A program made the translations under genes and the position numbers. Of a stretch of 64,000 bases of DNA, positions 48,830-58,218 are shown one piece after another. The notes beneath the pieces are model-generated. The model ran no database searches. It worked only from the letters and a program-made list of their open reading frames with translations, and was not told the DNA's origin. How positions within the stretch are numbered: position 1 is the first letter of the stretch; every line of letters starts with the position of its first letter. Source of the DNA: a bacterium (lineage in GTDB: Bacteria > JAAXHH01); assembly GCA_965248395.1 (NCBI GenBank), contig OZ252103.1, forward strand, positions 3,127,493 through 3,191,492. Reading direction: 5' to 3'.

Positions 48830-48848
48830 TCTTCCAAGGAGTCCCGGA

Positions 48849-50381
48849 GTGGAAGGTCGAACGATTCTCGTCGTCGACGGCGAAACGGATAGCCAGAAGC
48901 ACGCGGTGCGTATCCTGCGGGATGCGGGATACGAAGCGAACGGGACCGGTGACGCGGCCGAGGCGTTGAGCGTGATGAGAAAGGATCAACCTTCCGCCGT
49001 GCTCGTCGATCTCGCGCTGAACGACGCCGACCCTGAACGCCTCGTTCGCACCATATCGGGAAAGCACCCCGACACCGACATCATCCTCACCACGCGGCAG
49101 CACCAGCCGCCCCGGCAGTACCGCCAGCTCGACGCCAGCGATTATATAGAAAAACCCATCGATCCCGAAGAACTGCTTACGAAGATGCGCATGCTGGACC
49201 TGCGGCGGGAGTTTCACCACCGGTTCCAGCTTGTGGGAAGAGACGAACGCTTCATCGCCGCCATCGAGTCGGTGCTCCAGGTGGCGCCCACGGGTATCCA
49301 GGTTCTGCTCACCGGAGAAAGCGGTACCGGCAAGGAAGGGTTCGCCCAGGCGATCCACCATTACAGCGACCGGCGAGACGGTCCCTTCATTCCGATCAAT
49401 TGCGGGGCCATCGCCGAAGGGATACTGGAAAGCGAGCTGTTCGGCCACGAAAAAGGCGCGTTCACGGACGCAAAGGGTCAGCGGAAGGGATACTTCGAGC
49501 AGGCGGACGGGGGAACACTGCTTCTCGACGAGATCGGTGAGATGCCCCGTACCACGCAGGTAAAACTGTTGCGCGTCCTGGAGCAGCAGGAATTCATCCG
49601 GGTTGGCGGCTCGACGCCGGTGAAGACCAACGTCCGCCTGATCGCGTCGACCAACCGGGACCTCGCCGAGGAGATCCGCGACGGGACCTTCCGCCAGGAT
49701 CTCTACTATCGGCTCAACGCCGTGCGCATCCATCTGCCCGCCTTGCGTGAACGCCGCGAGGACATCCCCAGGCTTATTCACCATTTCCTTCACGAGGCAC
49801 GGAAAAAACATGGCGTGTCTCCCCCCGTTTTCACGGCGGAAGCCCTCGCAACGCTCACGGACTACGAGTGGCCGGGCAACATCCGGGAACTGCGCAACCT
49901 GGTCGAAACCCTGGTGGTTACGGCCGGGAAATCCCGGATCGACGCGGACGACCTACCGGACGCCATCTATACGCCGCCCATGTCGAACCGCGCCCTGCCG
50001 GTCCCGCAGAACCGGAATCCGGAGGACATGGACCGGGAGATGTTCTACAAGATCCTGTGGCAGATCCTCACCGCCATCCACGACCTCCCTTCCAAGATCT
50101 CCACCGCCTTCGGCGAGGTAAATCCCGCCCAACTGCCGGAACGCTTTCAACTCCCCGCCCCCGTGGAAGAGGAACAGGACATCGAACCTCCCGCCATGGT
50201 GGTTTCGGACAGCGGCGATCTGGAGCGGCTGCGCACGATGGGAGACTGGGAACGGGAGGCCATACAGCGCGCCCTCGAGCGCAACGAGGGCCACCGGGGC
50301 AGGGCCGCGCGGGAACTCGGCATCAGCGAGCGGTCTATTTACCGCAAGATCAAGGACTACGGCCTGGACGACCACGCCTGA
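48849..50381 (+). CDS. Sigma54-dependent response regulator (second tandem NtrC-family paralogue)
   Basis: Receiver (LVDLALNDADP), AAA+ GESGTGKEGFA, ESELFGHEKGAFTDA and a C-terminal HTH (RAARELGISERSIYRKIK). Confidence 0.85.
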   Translation: MEGRTILVVDGETDSQKHAVRILRDAGYEANGTGDAAEALSVMRKDQPSAVLVDLALNDADPERLVRTISGKHPDTDIILTTRQHQPPRQYRQLDASDYIEKPIDPEELLTKMRMLDLRREFHHRFQLVGRDERFIAAIESVLQVAPTGIQVLLTGESGTGKEGFAQAIHHYSDRRDGPFIPINCGAIAEGILESELFGHEKGAFTDAKGQRKGYFEQADGGTLLLDEIGEMPRTTQVKLLRVLEQQEFIRVGGSTPVKTNVRLIASTNRDLAEEIRDGTFRQDLYYRLNAVRIHLPALRERREDIPRLIHHFLHEARKKHGVSPPVFTAEALATLTDYEWPGNIRELRNLVETLVVTAGKSRIDADDLPDAIYTPPMSNRALPVPQNRNPEDMDREMFYKILWQILTAIHDLPSKISTAFGEVNPAQLPERFQLPAPVEEEQDIEPPAMVVSDSGDLERLRTMGDWEREAIQRALERNEGHRGRAARELGISERSIYRKIKDYGLDDHA

Positions 50382-50413
50382 CCACGCCCGTTGAGCGGGC
50401 CACGGAAAAAGGC

Positions 50414-50443
50414 TTGACAATCCACCCTCAAAATGCCGAATAT
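50414..50443 (+). promoter_or_regulatory. Sigma70-like promoter candidate upstream of trxA (TTGACA-18-GAATAT)
   Basis: cttgacaatccaccctcaaaatgccgaatatg. Confidence 0.35.
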
Positions 50444-50488
50444 GTTTGGGATTGTTTTTAATCCATAACTGTGAAAGGAGCAGCAAAA

Positions 50489-50812
50489 GTGGGACATCCA
50501 ACACCGATCACGGATGATCAGTTCGAGTCCGAGGTGATCAATAGCAGCACGCCCGTACTGGTCGATTTCTGGGCGGAATGGTGTGGGCCCTGCAAGGCCG
50601 TCGCCCCCACCCTGGTAGAACTTGCGGACGACTACGACGGGCGCTTGAAAGTCGTCAAAGTGGACGTGGACGAAAATCGGGAAGCAGCTACCCGTTTTGG
50701 AATCCGGAGCATACCGAGCCTGTTGATATTCAAGGGCGGCGCCGAGGTGGACCGTATCATCGGCGCACTCCCCAAGCAGCAACTCGCCGAAAAGATCGAC
50801 GGTCATCTGTAG
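50489..50812 (+). CDS. trxA: Thioredoxin
   Basis: WCGPC active site. About 108 aa. GTG start 8 nt after an aaaggag RBS. The track ORF starts at an upstream GTG at 50471 that lies within the RBS. Confidence 0.85.
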   Translation: MGHPTPITDDQFESEVINSSTPVLVDFWAEWCGPCKAVAPTLVELADDYDGRLKVVKVDVDENREAATRFGIRSIPSLLIFKGGAEVDRIIGALPKQQLAEKIDGHL

Positions 50813-50850
50813 GCGCGACCAAGTGATCGCGGAACGGGGATTAACACGTA

Positions 50851-50887
50851 AGCCGGGACGGCCGACAACTGCTCTCCCGGCTTTTTG
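50851..50887 (+). terminator. Rho-independent terminator downstream of trxA
   Basis: agccggga (loop) tcccggct followed by ttttt. Confidence 0.55.
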
Positions 50888-50933
50888 TATGAAATCCGGC
50901 TCGGACGAACGAAAGAGAACCAGGGACTAGCAC

Positions 50934-51845
50934 ATGCTGGGCGTCGTACGAAGGCTGAGGGACGGGCTGGCCAAAACGCGGGACGGACTGATTCGCGGCA
51001 TCGATCGGGCCGTGGTTCGATATGACCGTATCGACGAGGACCTGCTGGAGGAAATCGAATCCATCCTGTTGCAGACCGACGTGGGCATGGAAACGACCGT
51101 GCGGATCATCGACGGACTCCGCGACCGGGCGGTCGGCCAGCGGACCCGGAATCCTGAAGACCTCCTGCGGCTGCTCCGCGAAGAGATGGCGGGTATCCTT
51201 GGCGATACGCCGAGCCCGGAAACTGACCACCGTCCCCACGTCGTCATGATCGTGGGGGTCAACGGTACGGGCAAAACGACGACCGCCGGCAAGATGGCTG
51301 CGCGATATGCCGGGGAGGGGAAGAAAGTCCTGCTGGCCGCGGCCGATACGTTTCGCGCGGCGGCCATAGACCAGTTGGAGGTCTGGGCGCGCCGCGCGGA
51401 AGCAGATATCATCCGGCATCAGCATGGATCCGATCCTTCGGCCGTCGTCTTCGACGCGATGCAGGCCGCCCTGGCCCGGAAGTCGGACGTGGTAATTATC
51501 GACACGGCGGGCAGGCTGCACACCAGGGACAACCTGATGGAAGAACTGAAAAAGATCAAGCGTACCCTGGGCAAGCAACTGGCCGGCGCTCCCCACGAAG
51601 TACTGCTCGTTCTCGACGGCACGACGGGCCAGAACGCGCTGTCCCAGGCCCGCGTGTTCAACAAAGCCATGGGCGGACTGACGGGCATCGCGCTGACGAA
51701 GCTGGACGGGACTGCCCGGGGCGGTATCGTGTTCGCCATCGGTGTCCAGTTGGCGATCCCCGTCAAACTGATCGGCGTGGGCGAAGGCATCGAGGATCTG
51801 CAGGATTTCGACGCCCCCGCCTTCGTGGACGCCCTCTTCAACTGA
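50934..51845 (+). CDS. ftsY: Signal recognition particle receptor FtsY (short NG-domain form)
   Basis: GVNGTGKTTT, DTAGRLH and the LTKLDGTARGG SRP-GTPase motifs. Confidence 0.85.
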   Translation: MLGVVRRLRDGLAKTRDGLIRGIDRAVVRYDRIDEDLLEEIESILLQTDVGMETTVRIIDGLRDRAVGQRTRNPEDLLRLLREEMAGILGDTPSPETDHRPHVVMIVGVNGTGKTTTAGKMAARYAGEGKKVLLAAADTFRAAAIDQLEVWARRAEADIIRHQHGSDPSAVVFDAMQAALARKSDVVIIDTAGRLHTRDNLMEELKKIKRTLGKQLAGAPHEVLLVLDGTTGQNALSQARVFNKAMGGLTGIALTKLDGTARGGIVFAIGVQLAIPVKLIGVGEGIEDLQDFDAPAFVDALFN

Positions 51846-51861
51846 TTCCCGGGAGAACTCC

Positions 51862-53085
51862 ATGCCCCGACTGGCCATAAATGGTGCGGCACCGGTACGA
51901 ACAGTATCCTTCCCCTCCTGGCCCATGAACCTGGAAGTCAGCGCCCGGGCCGCCAGCGAAACCATACGCTCGGGACTGTGGGGAAGCAACCAGGGCAAGA
52001 AAGTACGAAACTTTGAAAAGCGCTTCGCCGCGTTCCAGCAGACCGCCCACGGCATCGCCGTCAGCAACGGAACCACGGCGCTGTGTCTCGCGTTGCAGGC
52101 GGTCGCCATCGAACCCGGCGACGAAGTCATCGTTCCGGCCTATACGTTCATCGCGTCGGCCAGCGCAATCGTGATGTCGAATGCAGTACCCGTGTTCGTC
52201 GACATAGATCCCGATACCTACAACCTGGATCCCCGACTGGTCGAACAGGCAGTAACGGCGCGAACAAAGGCCGTGGTCGCGGTCCATTTCGCGGGTCTGC
52301 CGGCGGACATGGACCGGCTCGGCGAAATTGCGGGTCGGCACGGCCTGGCCGTGATAGAAGACGCGGCCCAGGCCCACGGCGCGCGATGGGGAGGACAGGG
52401 TGTGGGCGGTATCGGCGCAATGGGGGCCTTCAGCTTCCAGTCATCTAAGAACCTCAACGCCGGCGAGGGTGGCATCATGCTGACCAACGACGACGATCTG
52501 GCGGAAGCGGCGCGGTCCCTCGCCGACTGTGGACACGCCGCATCGGGACCCCGGTACAACCACTACCGCGTGGCCGGCAACCACCGGATGACCGAAGTGC
52601 AGGGCGCCCTGCTCCTGATCCAGATGGAGCATCTCGAATCACAGGTACGCAAGCGCCACGAGAACGGCGAGTACCTGACCGAACGGCTCGGGAAAATCGA
52701 CGGCATCCTTCCGGTGTCCAGGCCCGCGAAGGCCGACCGTCACGCACGACATATCTACCTGTTCAAGTACAGCGACGAAGCCTTCCGTGGCGTCCCGAAA
52801 ACGCGGTTCATCGAAGCCCTTCGCGCCGAGGGCATTCCCGCCAGTCCCGGTTACTCCATACCCCTGTACAAACAACCTGTTTTCAGGGACCGGAACTATG
52901 GCAATTATCAAAGCAAGGCGCTGTCGGCCATCGAGTTCGGCGAGATGTACCTGCCGGTAACGGAAAGGGCATGCAGTTCGGAGTCGGTCTGGTTCACGCA
53001 GAATGTGCTGCTGGGGGACCGGGGGGACATGGACGATATCGTCCGGGCTGTCGCGAAGATCGGGGATAACCGCGACGAATTATAG
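51862..53085 (+). CDS. DegT/DnrJ/EryC1/StrS-family PLP-dependent aminotransferase
   Basis: The fold-type I sugar-aminotransferase pattern is present (..NGTTALCLAL.., FSFQSSKNL with a Lys for PLP). Confidence 0.8.
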   Translation: MPRLAINGAAPVRTVSFPSWPMNLEVSARAASETIRSGLWGSNQGKKVRNFEKRFAAFQQTAHGIAVSNGTTALCLALQAVAIEPGDEVIVPAYTFIASASAIVMSNAVPVFVDIDPDTYNLDPRLVEQAVTARTKAVVAVHFAGLPADMDRLGEIAGRHGLAVIEDAAQAHGARWGGQGVGGIGAMGAFSFQSSKNLNAGEGGIMLTNDDDLAEAARSLADCGHAASGPRYNHYRVAGNHRMTEVQGALLLIQMEHLESQVRKRHENGEYLTERLGKIDGILPVSRPAKADRHARHIYLFKYSDEAFRGVPKTRFIEALRAEGIPASPGYSIPLYKQPVFRDRNYGNYQSKALSAIEFGEMYLPVTERACSSESVWFTQNVLLGDRGDMDDIVRAVAKIGDNRDEL

Positions 53086-53099
53086 GATGCCGGTAAACG

Positions 53100-54212
53100 C
53101 TACCGGCGGGTACTCCCCGCTTCCGCTTCTTCCTTCACCGTGGAAAGAAGATGGGCCGGCTTTCCGCCGGACCGCCGGAACTCGATCAACTCGGCCATGA
53201 TGCTGACCGCGATCTCCTCGGGGGTATCAGCCTGAATCTCCACGCCGATCGGCGCGTGCACCTGGTCCAGCAGGTGCCTGGGTATTCCCTTTTCTTCCAG
53301 TTTCTTCCACATCAGGACGATTTTCCGACGGCTGCCGATCATACCGATGTACGCGGCGTCGGTCCACACCGCCTGCTCGATGACGGGCTGGTCCCACTGG
53401 TGGCCCCGGGTCACGGCAACCAGGTAGGATGAGCCGTCTATGGGCAGTTTGCCGACGACCTCGTCGAAGTCGTCCACGACTACCTCGTCGGCCTCGGGAA
53501 ACCGTTCATGGTTCGCGAACGCCGGACGGTCGTCCACCACGATGATCCTGAATCCCACGGAAGCGGCGATCCGGGCAATGGCCCTGGCGACGTGACCGCC
53601 GCCGAACAGGAACAGTTGCGGCGCCGGCCAGATGGACTCGATGAAGACCCGGGTCTCCACTCCTTCGTGCTCCAGCGTGACCACCTTCAGCAGGTTCTCT
53701 GTGATTTCGATGTCCGAATCCAGCCGGACCCGGTCATCCAGCGCGGGGTCTCCCAGGGTCCCGATGGTCTCTCCCGACTCGGTGACCAGCATCTTGCTGC
53801 CTTCCGCACCGCCTTGTCCCGACACCAGCGTGGCCATCAGTCCGATGCCCCGCGTTTCATGGAGGCGGCGGATCGCTTCGAATATCTCCTGCATCGGTCC
53901 CGACTTGATCGGTTCCGTGAAGATCTCCACGTTGCCGCCGCAGTTCAGTCCCTCGTCGCCGGCGTGCCTTTCGGTCAGAATGAAATGCTGCAACCGGGGC
54001 GAAGACCGTTCCATCACCTCCCGCGCCTCTACCCAGACGTCTGCTTCCAGGCATCCCCCGCCCACCGTTCCCGTAAAGGTACCGTCGCTCTTGACGAGCA
54101 TTTTCGCCTTCTTGCTCATCGGCAGCGATCCCTTGCTCGATACGATGGTGGACAGCGCCGCCCTTTCACCCCGCGACAGTACTTCCACGACCTCGTCAAA
54201 AACTTCTTTCAT
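53100..54212 (-). CDS. XdhC/CoxI-family protein (molybdenum-cofactor insertion chaperone family, with N-terminal XdhC_CoxI and C-terminal Rossmann-like domains)
   Basis: The N-terminal ALSTIVSSKGSLPMSKKAKMLV..GT..GTVGGGCLE and C-terminal LFLFGGGHVARAIARIAASVGFRIIVVDDRP are typical two-domain XdhC architecture. Confidence 0.75.
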   Translation of the reverse strand: MKEVFDEVVEVLSRGERAALSTIVSSKGSLPMSKKAKMLVKSDGTFTGTVGGGCLEADVWVEAREVMERSSPRLQHFILTERHAGDEGLNCGGNVEIFTEPIKSGPMQEIFEAIRRLHETRGIGLMATLVSGQGGAEGSKMLVTESGETIGTLGDPALDDRVRLDSDIEITENLLKVVTLEHEGVETRVFIESIWPAPQLFLFGGGHVARAIARIAASVGFRIIVVDDRPAFANHERFPEADEVVVDDFDEVVGKLPIDGSSYLVAVTRGHQWDQPVIEQAVWTDAAYIGMIGSRRKIVLMWKKLEEKGIPRHLLDQVHAPIGVEIQADTPEEIAVSIMAELIEFRRSGGKPAHLLSTVKEEAEAGSTRR

Positions 54213-54233
54213 GAGCCTGCTCCCGATGAAGGA

Positions 54234-54695
54234 TCATACCACCTTGACGGGTATCTCCATGAATCCGGTCTCATCGTCCACCCACCGGTACATCCTGATT
54301 TCGCTCACGGTATCGACCGTGGCGGAAAGGACCAGGTAACCCGGTTCCGGGTCCAGCCAGTCGGTCAGGGCATCCATCCGGTCCTTTTTCGAGAAATACG
54401 CCGGCTGGTCCGGGTGGGAATGGTAGAATCCGATGACCCGCGCGCCGGGTGGTTCGAACCGTCCGAAGAACAATGTCTCCATGTCCTCGCGGCTGAATAC
54501 GTAGGCAGTCCGGGCATCCCTCGGATATTGCGCCGGATCCTTCGCGTGCAGTTCGTTCTGAATGTTCGTACAACGGTGTACCCGCCAGGTATCCGGATCA
54601 TCCGTTCCCGTGAGAAAACCACAGCACTCCTGCGGATACTCCTCGACGGCATGGGCGGCCATGTTGTCGTACACGGCCCGGGGGAGCAGCAGCAT
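54234..54695 (-). CDS. JAMM/MPN+ (Mov34) family metallo-isopeptidase, catalytically intact
   Basis: The conserved Glu is in EECCGFLTG. The JAMM motif is complete: HSHPDQPAYFSKKD (HxHx7Sx2D). 153 aa. The start overlaps the apbC stop (TGATG). Confidence 0.8.
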   Translation of the reverse strand: MLLLPRAVYDNMAAHAVEEYPQECCGFLTGTDDPDTWRVHRCTNIQNELHAKDPAQYPRDARTAYVFSREDMETLFFGRFEPPGARVIGFYHSHPDQPAYFSKKDRMDALTDWLDPEPGYLVLSATVDTVSEIRMYRWVDDETGFMEIPVKVV

Positions 54696-55537
54696 CAGGA
54701 GCGAACCACGACGGGCACAGACACCGCCTGGCTTTCGATTTCGGCCACGACGGACGCCCGGATACTTCTGAAGGCCGCCATTTCCTCGGTACGCGCCGGG
54801 TCGAGGAAGATCGGTACGCCGGCGTCTCCCCCCGCACAGACGGCCGGCGAGAGGGGGATCTCTCCCAGGAAGGGCAGACCCAACTCGTCGCTCAGCGCCC
54901 TGCCACCGCCCTGGCCGAATATGTAAGTCCGCCTGGTCCGCTCAGTCCGATCACCCGATTCGGCGCTGACGTAGAAACTCATGTTCTCGACGATACCCAG
55001 TACGGGAACCCGCAGGCGCTGAAACATCGTGATAGATTTGCGGACGTCCGACAGGGCGACCTGCTGGGGTGTCGTGACGATGACGGCCCCGGTCAGCTCG
55101 GTAGACTGGACCAGGGTAAGCGCCGCGTCACCGGTGCCGGGAGGCAGATCGACCACCAGATAATCCAGCTCGCCCCAGGCCACGTTTCCGAGAAACCCCT
55201 TGACCATCTTCCCGACAAGGGGGCCGCGGTAGATCACCGCGTCCGACGGACCCGCGACGAAACCGACGGATACCAGTCGAATACCATGCTGAATGATGGG
55301 TTGAATTCTTCCGGAAGGATCTTTTTCGAGGGACCCGGTAACGCCCATCATCTGGGGTACATTCGGGCCGTACACGTCTGCGTCGAGCAGGCCCACCGAC
55401 TGTTGCACTTCGGCGAGGGCCAGGGCCAGATTGACACTGACGGTCGACTTGCCTACACCGCCCTTGCCGCTGGCCACGGCGATGACGTGCCGGATGCCGG
55501 TCAAAGACGTCTGGTGGGTTTCAGATTCCGCTGCCAA
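54695..55537 (-). CDS. apbC: Mrp/ApbC/NBP35-family Fe-S cluster carrier ATPase
   Basis: Deviant Walker A SGKGGVGKST and the CxxC-type C-terminal region (..CAGGDAG..). Confidence 0.85.
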   Translation of the reverse strand: MAAESETHQTSLTGIRHVIAVASGKGGVGKSTVSVNLALALAEVQQSVGLLDADVYGPNVPQMMGVTGSLEKDPSGRIQPIIQHGIRLVSVGFVAGPSDAVIYRGPLVGKMVKGFLGNVAWGELDYLVVDLPPGTGDAALTLVQSTELTGAVIVTTPQQVALSDVRKSITMFQRLRVPVLGIVENMSFYVSAESGDRTERTRRTYIFGQGGGRALSDELGLPFLGEIPLSPAVCAGGDAGVPIFLDPARTEEMAAFRSIRASVVAEIESQAVSVPVVVRS

Positions 55538-55592
55538 AGTTATCGACCCGCACTAACGGAATGCCGGTGTGCCAGGTATACGCTACACGGGC

Positions 55593-55925
55593 TTATACGT
55601 AAAAAGACTCGCCGCAACCGCAGGAACCCTTGGCGTTGGGATTGTTGACCTTGAAACCGGCGCCCATAAGCCCTTCTACGTAGTCCAGTTCCGCACCCAT
55701 CAGGTAAATGGCGCTTTTGCTGTCGACAAAGACCTTGATGCCGTTCTGCTCTATAATCTGGTCGCTATCGGTAGATTGTTTGTCGAAAGCAAGACGGTAC
55801 TGAAAACCGGAACAGCCGCCGCCGGCGATCATAACGCGCAGTGCGAGATCCGGATTGCCCTGATCCTCTATCATGGTTTTAATCTTGTCGACTGCAATAT
55901 CCGTTACGGTGACCATGATATTCAA
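55593..55925 (-). CDS. A-type Fe-S cluster insertion/carrier protein (HesB/IscA/ErpA family)
   Basis: The three conserved Cys are present (GGGCSGFQY ... GSCGCGESF). 110 aa. Confidence 0.8.
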   Translation of the reverse strand: MNIMVTVTDIAVDKIKTMIEDQGNPDLALRVMIAGGGCSGFQYRLAFDKQSTDSDQIIEQNGIKVFVDSKSAIYLMGAELDYVEGLMGAGFKVNNPNAKGSCGCGESFYV

Positions 55926-56008
55926 CCCCCCCTTGCAAAGGTCGTAAGTGGTCTGATTTCCGCGGTCTTGCTATCCAACCGGCATGAAACACCATATGCT
56001 GCTCATCT

Positions 56009-56038
56009 ATATAACCACAAGCTCCTGCGGTTGTCAAG
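56009..56038 (-). promoter_or_regulatory. Sigma70-like promoter candidate (TTGACA-18-TTATAT) upstream of the erpA-like gene
   Basis: On the minus strand it reads ttgaca accgcaggagcttgtgg ttatat, about 85 nt upstream of the ATG. Confidence 0.3.
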
Positions 56039-56125
56039 TCCTTTATCCAGATCGCGGTCCCGGGATCATCGCCTGAAATTCATGCGTCCGGGCCGAGCGT
56101 GCCCAACCGCGCACAGGGACCGGGT

Positions 56126-58201
56126 TCAGCGCAGCAGAAGCAGTTTGCCGCCCTCCTCGAAAGCGCCGGCCTTCAACCTGTAGAAGTAAACTCCGCTCGG
56201 AACGGTCCGACCGGCACCATCCGTGCCGTTCCATATCCTCGAGTATCTGCCCGGCGCCTGATCGGCATCGACCAGTACCCGTACCTTCCGGCCGAGCAGA
56301 TTGTAAATCGTCAATGTAACTCGGGAGGATTCCGTCAGTTCATAGCGTAGATGCGTGCTCGCGGCAAATGGATTCGGCGCGTTCGTATACAGCTTCGCCA
56401 CCGGGAGGGTTGTGGCCCCGGGATCATAGGTAATCCGTGAAGTTACGGGCTCCGCAGACAGCAGGAAGCCTTCCCGGCCGACGGGCTGCAACCGGTATTC
56501 GTACGACGATCCCGGCTGGACGGCCGTATCCGTGAAGGAATAGGATTTCGAATCTTCGTTGTTGCCTCCTGTTCGCGTTACGGGTATGGAGGAAAGCAGT
56601 TCGAAAGTTCCGTCGGGGTAGTCCCTGCGCTCGATCCGGTAGGAGAGGAGATTGATCTCCAGCCCGGCGGTCCAGGACAAAAACACCCCGCTTGGACCGC
56701 TTTCGGCGGTCAGATTACGCACTGTTCCCCGTGATTCCGTTAACAGGGCGTTGAGCGCGTGGACAATGCCGTAACCGTTCAGCGTGTCCGGCACGGCGGC
56801 CTGGGTTGCGGTACTCCGCAGCGCCCGTTGCACCCTGTCAGGCGTCCAGTGGGGATAGGCTTCCAGCAGCAGCGCGGCCACGCCCGCCACCAGGGGCGCA
56901 GAGAAGGAAGTGCCGTCGCTCCGAAGGTAGTCGTCCATGGAAAGGGGATCCACCGTATAGACGCCTTCCCCCATGGCCATCACGTCCGGCTTGATGCGGC
57001 CGTCGAAGGTGGGACCGATGGACGAGAACGCAGTTCGCCTGCCCGCGGCATCGACGGCGCCCACGGAAACCACCTCTTCCGCGTCGGCCGGCGCACCCAT
57101 CTTTTCGTAAGGGAAACCACCCAGGTTCCCCATGGCATTCACGACCACGATACCGCGGCGCGCCGCCGTCGCCGCCGCCCTCGTGACGACGGCCGTTTCC
57201 CCGTCCATGTCGGAATACATATACCAGTCGCTGTACCCGACTGAACTGCTGATCACGTCCGCCCCGAGACTATCGGCCCATTCCATGGCGGCGAGCCACC
57301 AGTCTTCCTCGATCTCCATCTCGAAGGGTACGGACTCCGTGTTGGCCAGGAGGTAACGGGCACCGTAGGCCGGCCCGATCAGCTGACCCGGCGCATAACT
57401 GCCGATGGTCGACAGAACCTGCGTACCGTGTTCGTGAAATTCGATTTCACCGAATCCGAGTTCGTCTTGAATGAAGTCGCGTTCTCCCACTACCCGGGTT
57501 CTAAGGCTGTCGAACGCCACGTGATCCAGTTTGAATCCCGTATCGAAGAGCGCCACCAGCACGCCGTGGCCCGACAGTCCCAGGTCGTGCAGTTCCGGTA
57601 CACGCAGTTGATTCACCTGGATGTACGAGGGTCCGTAATCGAGTTGCGTGGCGCGGACTGCGCGGAGGCGGAAACCGGTTTCCGCCTGTCCAGGTTGATG
57701 CGGCGGGATCGGCGCCGGCCGCCGCAAGGTGGTAACCGCTTCGATTCTCAGCACGAAAGACTGGTCGGCCAGGCGTTGAATATCCGCCGGCGCGACGGAT
57801 ACGCTCACCGCGTTGATCCACCGGGACACCTGGAGTATCCGCCCGCCCGAAGCTGCGATGTTTTCAAGGTAGGGAGCATGGACCGGAATGTCCTCCCATC
57901 CCGTCAGCCTTTCGCTTCGTGTAGAAAGCCGGCGGAGGGCCCTGGGCGTCAGGCGGTCTTCGGCGGCTTTCAGTGCGGCACGTATCTCCCCCTCGTCCTG
58001 GATCCCCTTGTCCGCCAGGTAAACCCAGACCTTCATCGACTCGCCGGGCAATCTCGAAGCAAGTGCGTTCCGAAGGCGGTCCGATATCTTCCCTGCGCCT
58101 TCGGGGACGGCGGCCTGACGCAAGGATTGCTGATCGGGCGGCGGGCTCCCGAGCGCGTGGGAGGAAATCAGAACGACCAGGAGCAGCCAGTATCGCATCA
58201 T
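56126..58201 (-). CDS. Subtilisin-like S8 serine peptidase with a C-terminal T9SS/Por secretion-system sorting domain
   Basis: Signal peptide. The S8 catalytic-triad regions are present (..VALFDTGF.. D, ..HGTQV.. H, ..GTSFSAPLVAG.. S). The C-terminal approx 85 aa (NAPNPFAASTHLRYELTESSRVTLTIYNLLGRKVRVLV...SGVYFYRLKAGAFEEGGKLLLLR) matches the T9SS C-terminal-domain consensus. Confidence 0.85.
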   Translation of the reverse strand: MMRYWLLLVVLISSHALGSPPPDQQSLRQAAVPEGAGKISDRLRNALASRLPGESMKVWVYLADKGIQDEGEIRAALKAAEDRLTPRALRRLSTRSERLTGWEDIPVHAPYLENIAASGGRILQVSRWINAVSVSVAPADIQRLADQSFVLRIEAVTTLRRPAPIPPHQPGQAETGFRLRAVRATQLDYGPSYIQVNQLRVPELHDLGLSGHGVLVALFDTGFKLDHVAFDSLRTRVVGERDFIQDELGFGEIEFHEHGTQVLSTIGSYAPGQLIGPAYGARYLLANTESVPFEMEIEEDWWLAAMEWADSLGADVISSSVGYSDWYMYSDMDGETAVVTRAAATAARRGIVVVNAMGNLGGFPYEKMGAPADAEEVVSVGAVDAAGRRTAFSSIGPTFDGRIKPDVMAMGEGVYTVDPLSMDDYLRSDGTSFSAPLVAGVAALLLEAYPHWTPDRVQRALRSTATQAAVPDTLNGYGIVHALNALLTESRGTVRNLTAESGPSGVFLSWTAGLEINLLSYRIERRDYPDGTFELLSSIPVTRTGGNNEDSKSYSFTDTAVQPGSSYEYRLQPVGREGFLLSAEPVTSRITYDPGATTLPVAKLYTNAPNPFAASTHLRYELTESSRVTLTIYNLLGRKVRVLVDADQAPGRYSRIWNGTDGAGRTVPSGVYFYRLKAGAFEEGGKLLLLR

Positions 58202-58218
58202 GGGAGACTTTCGTGGTC

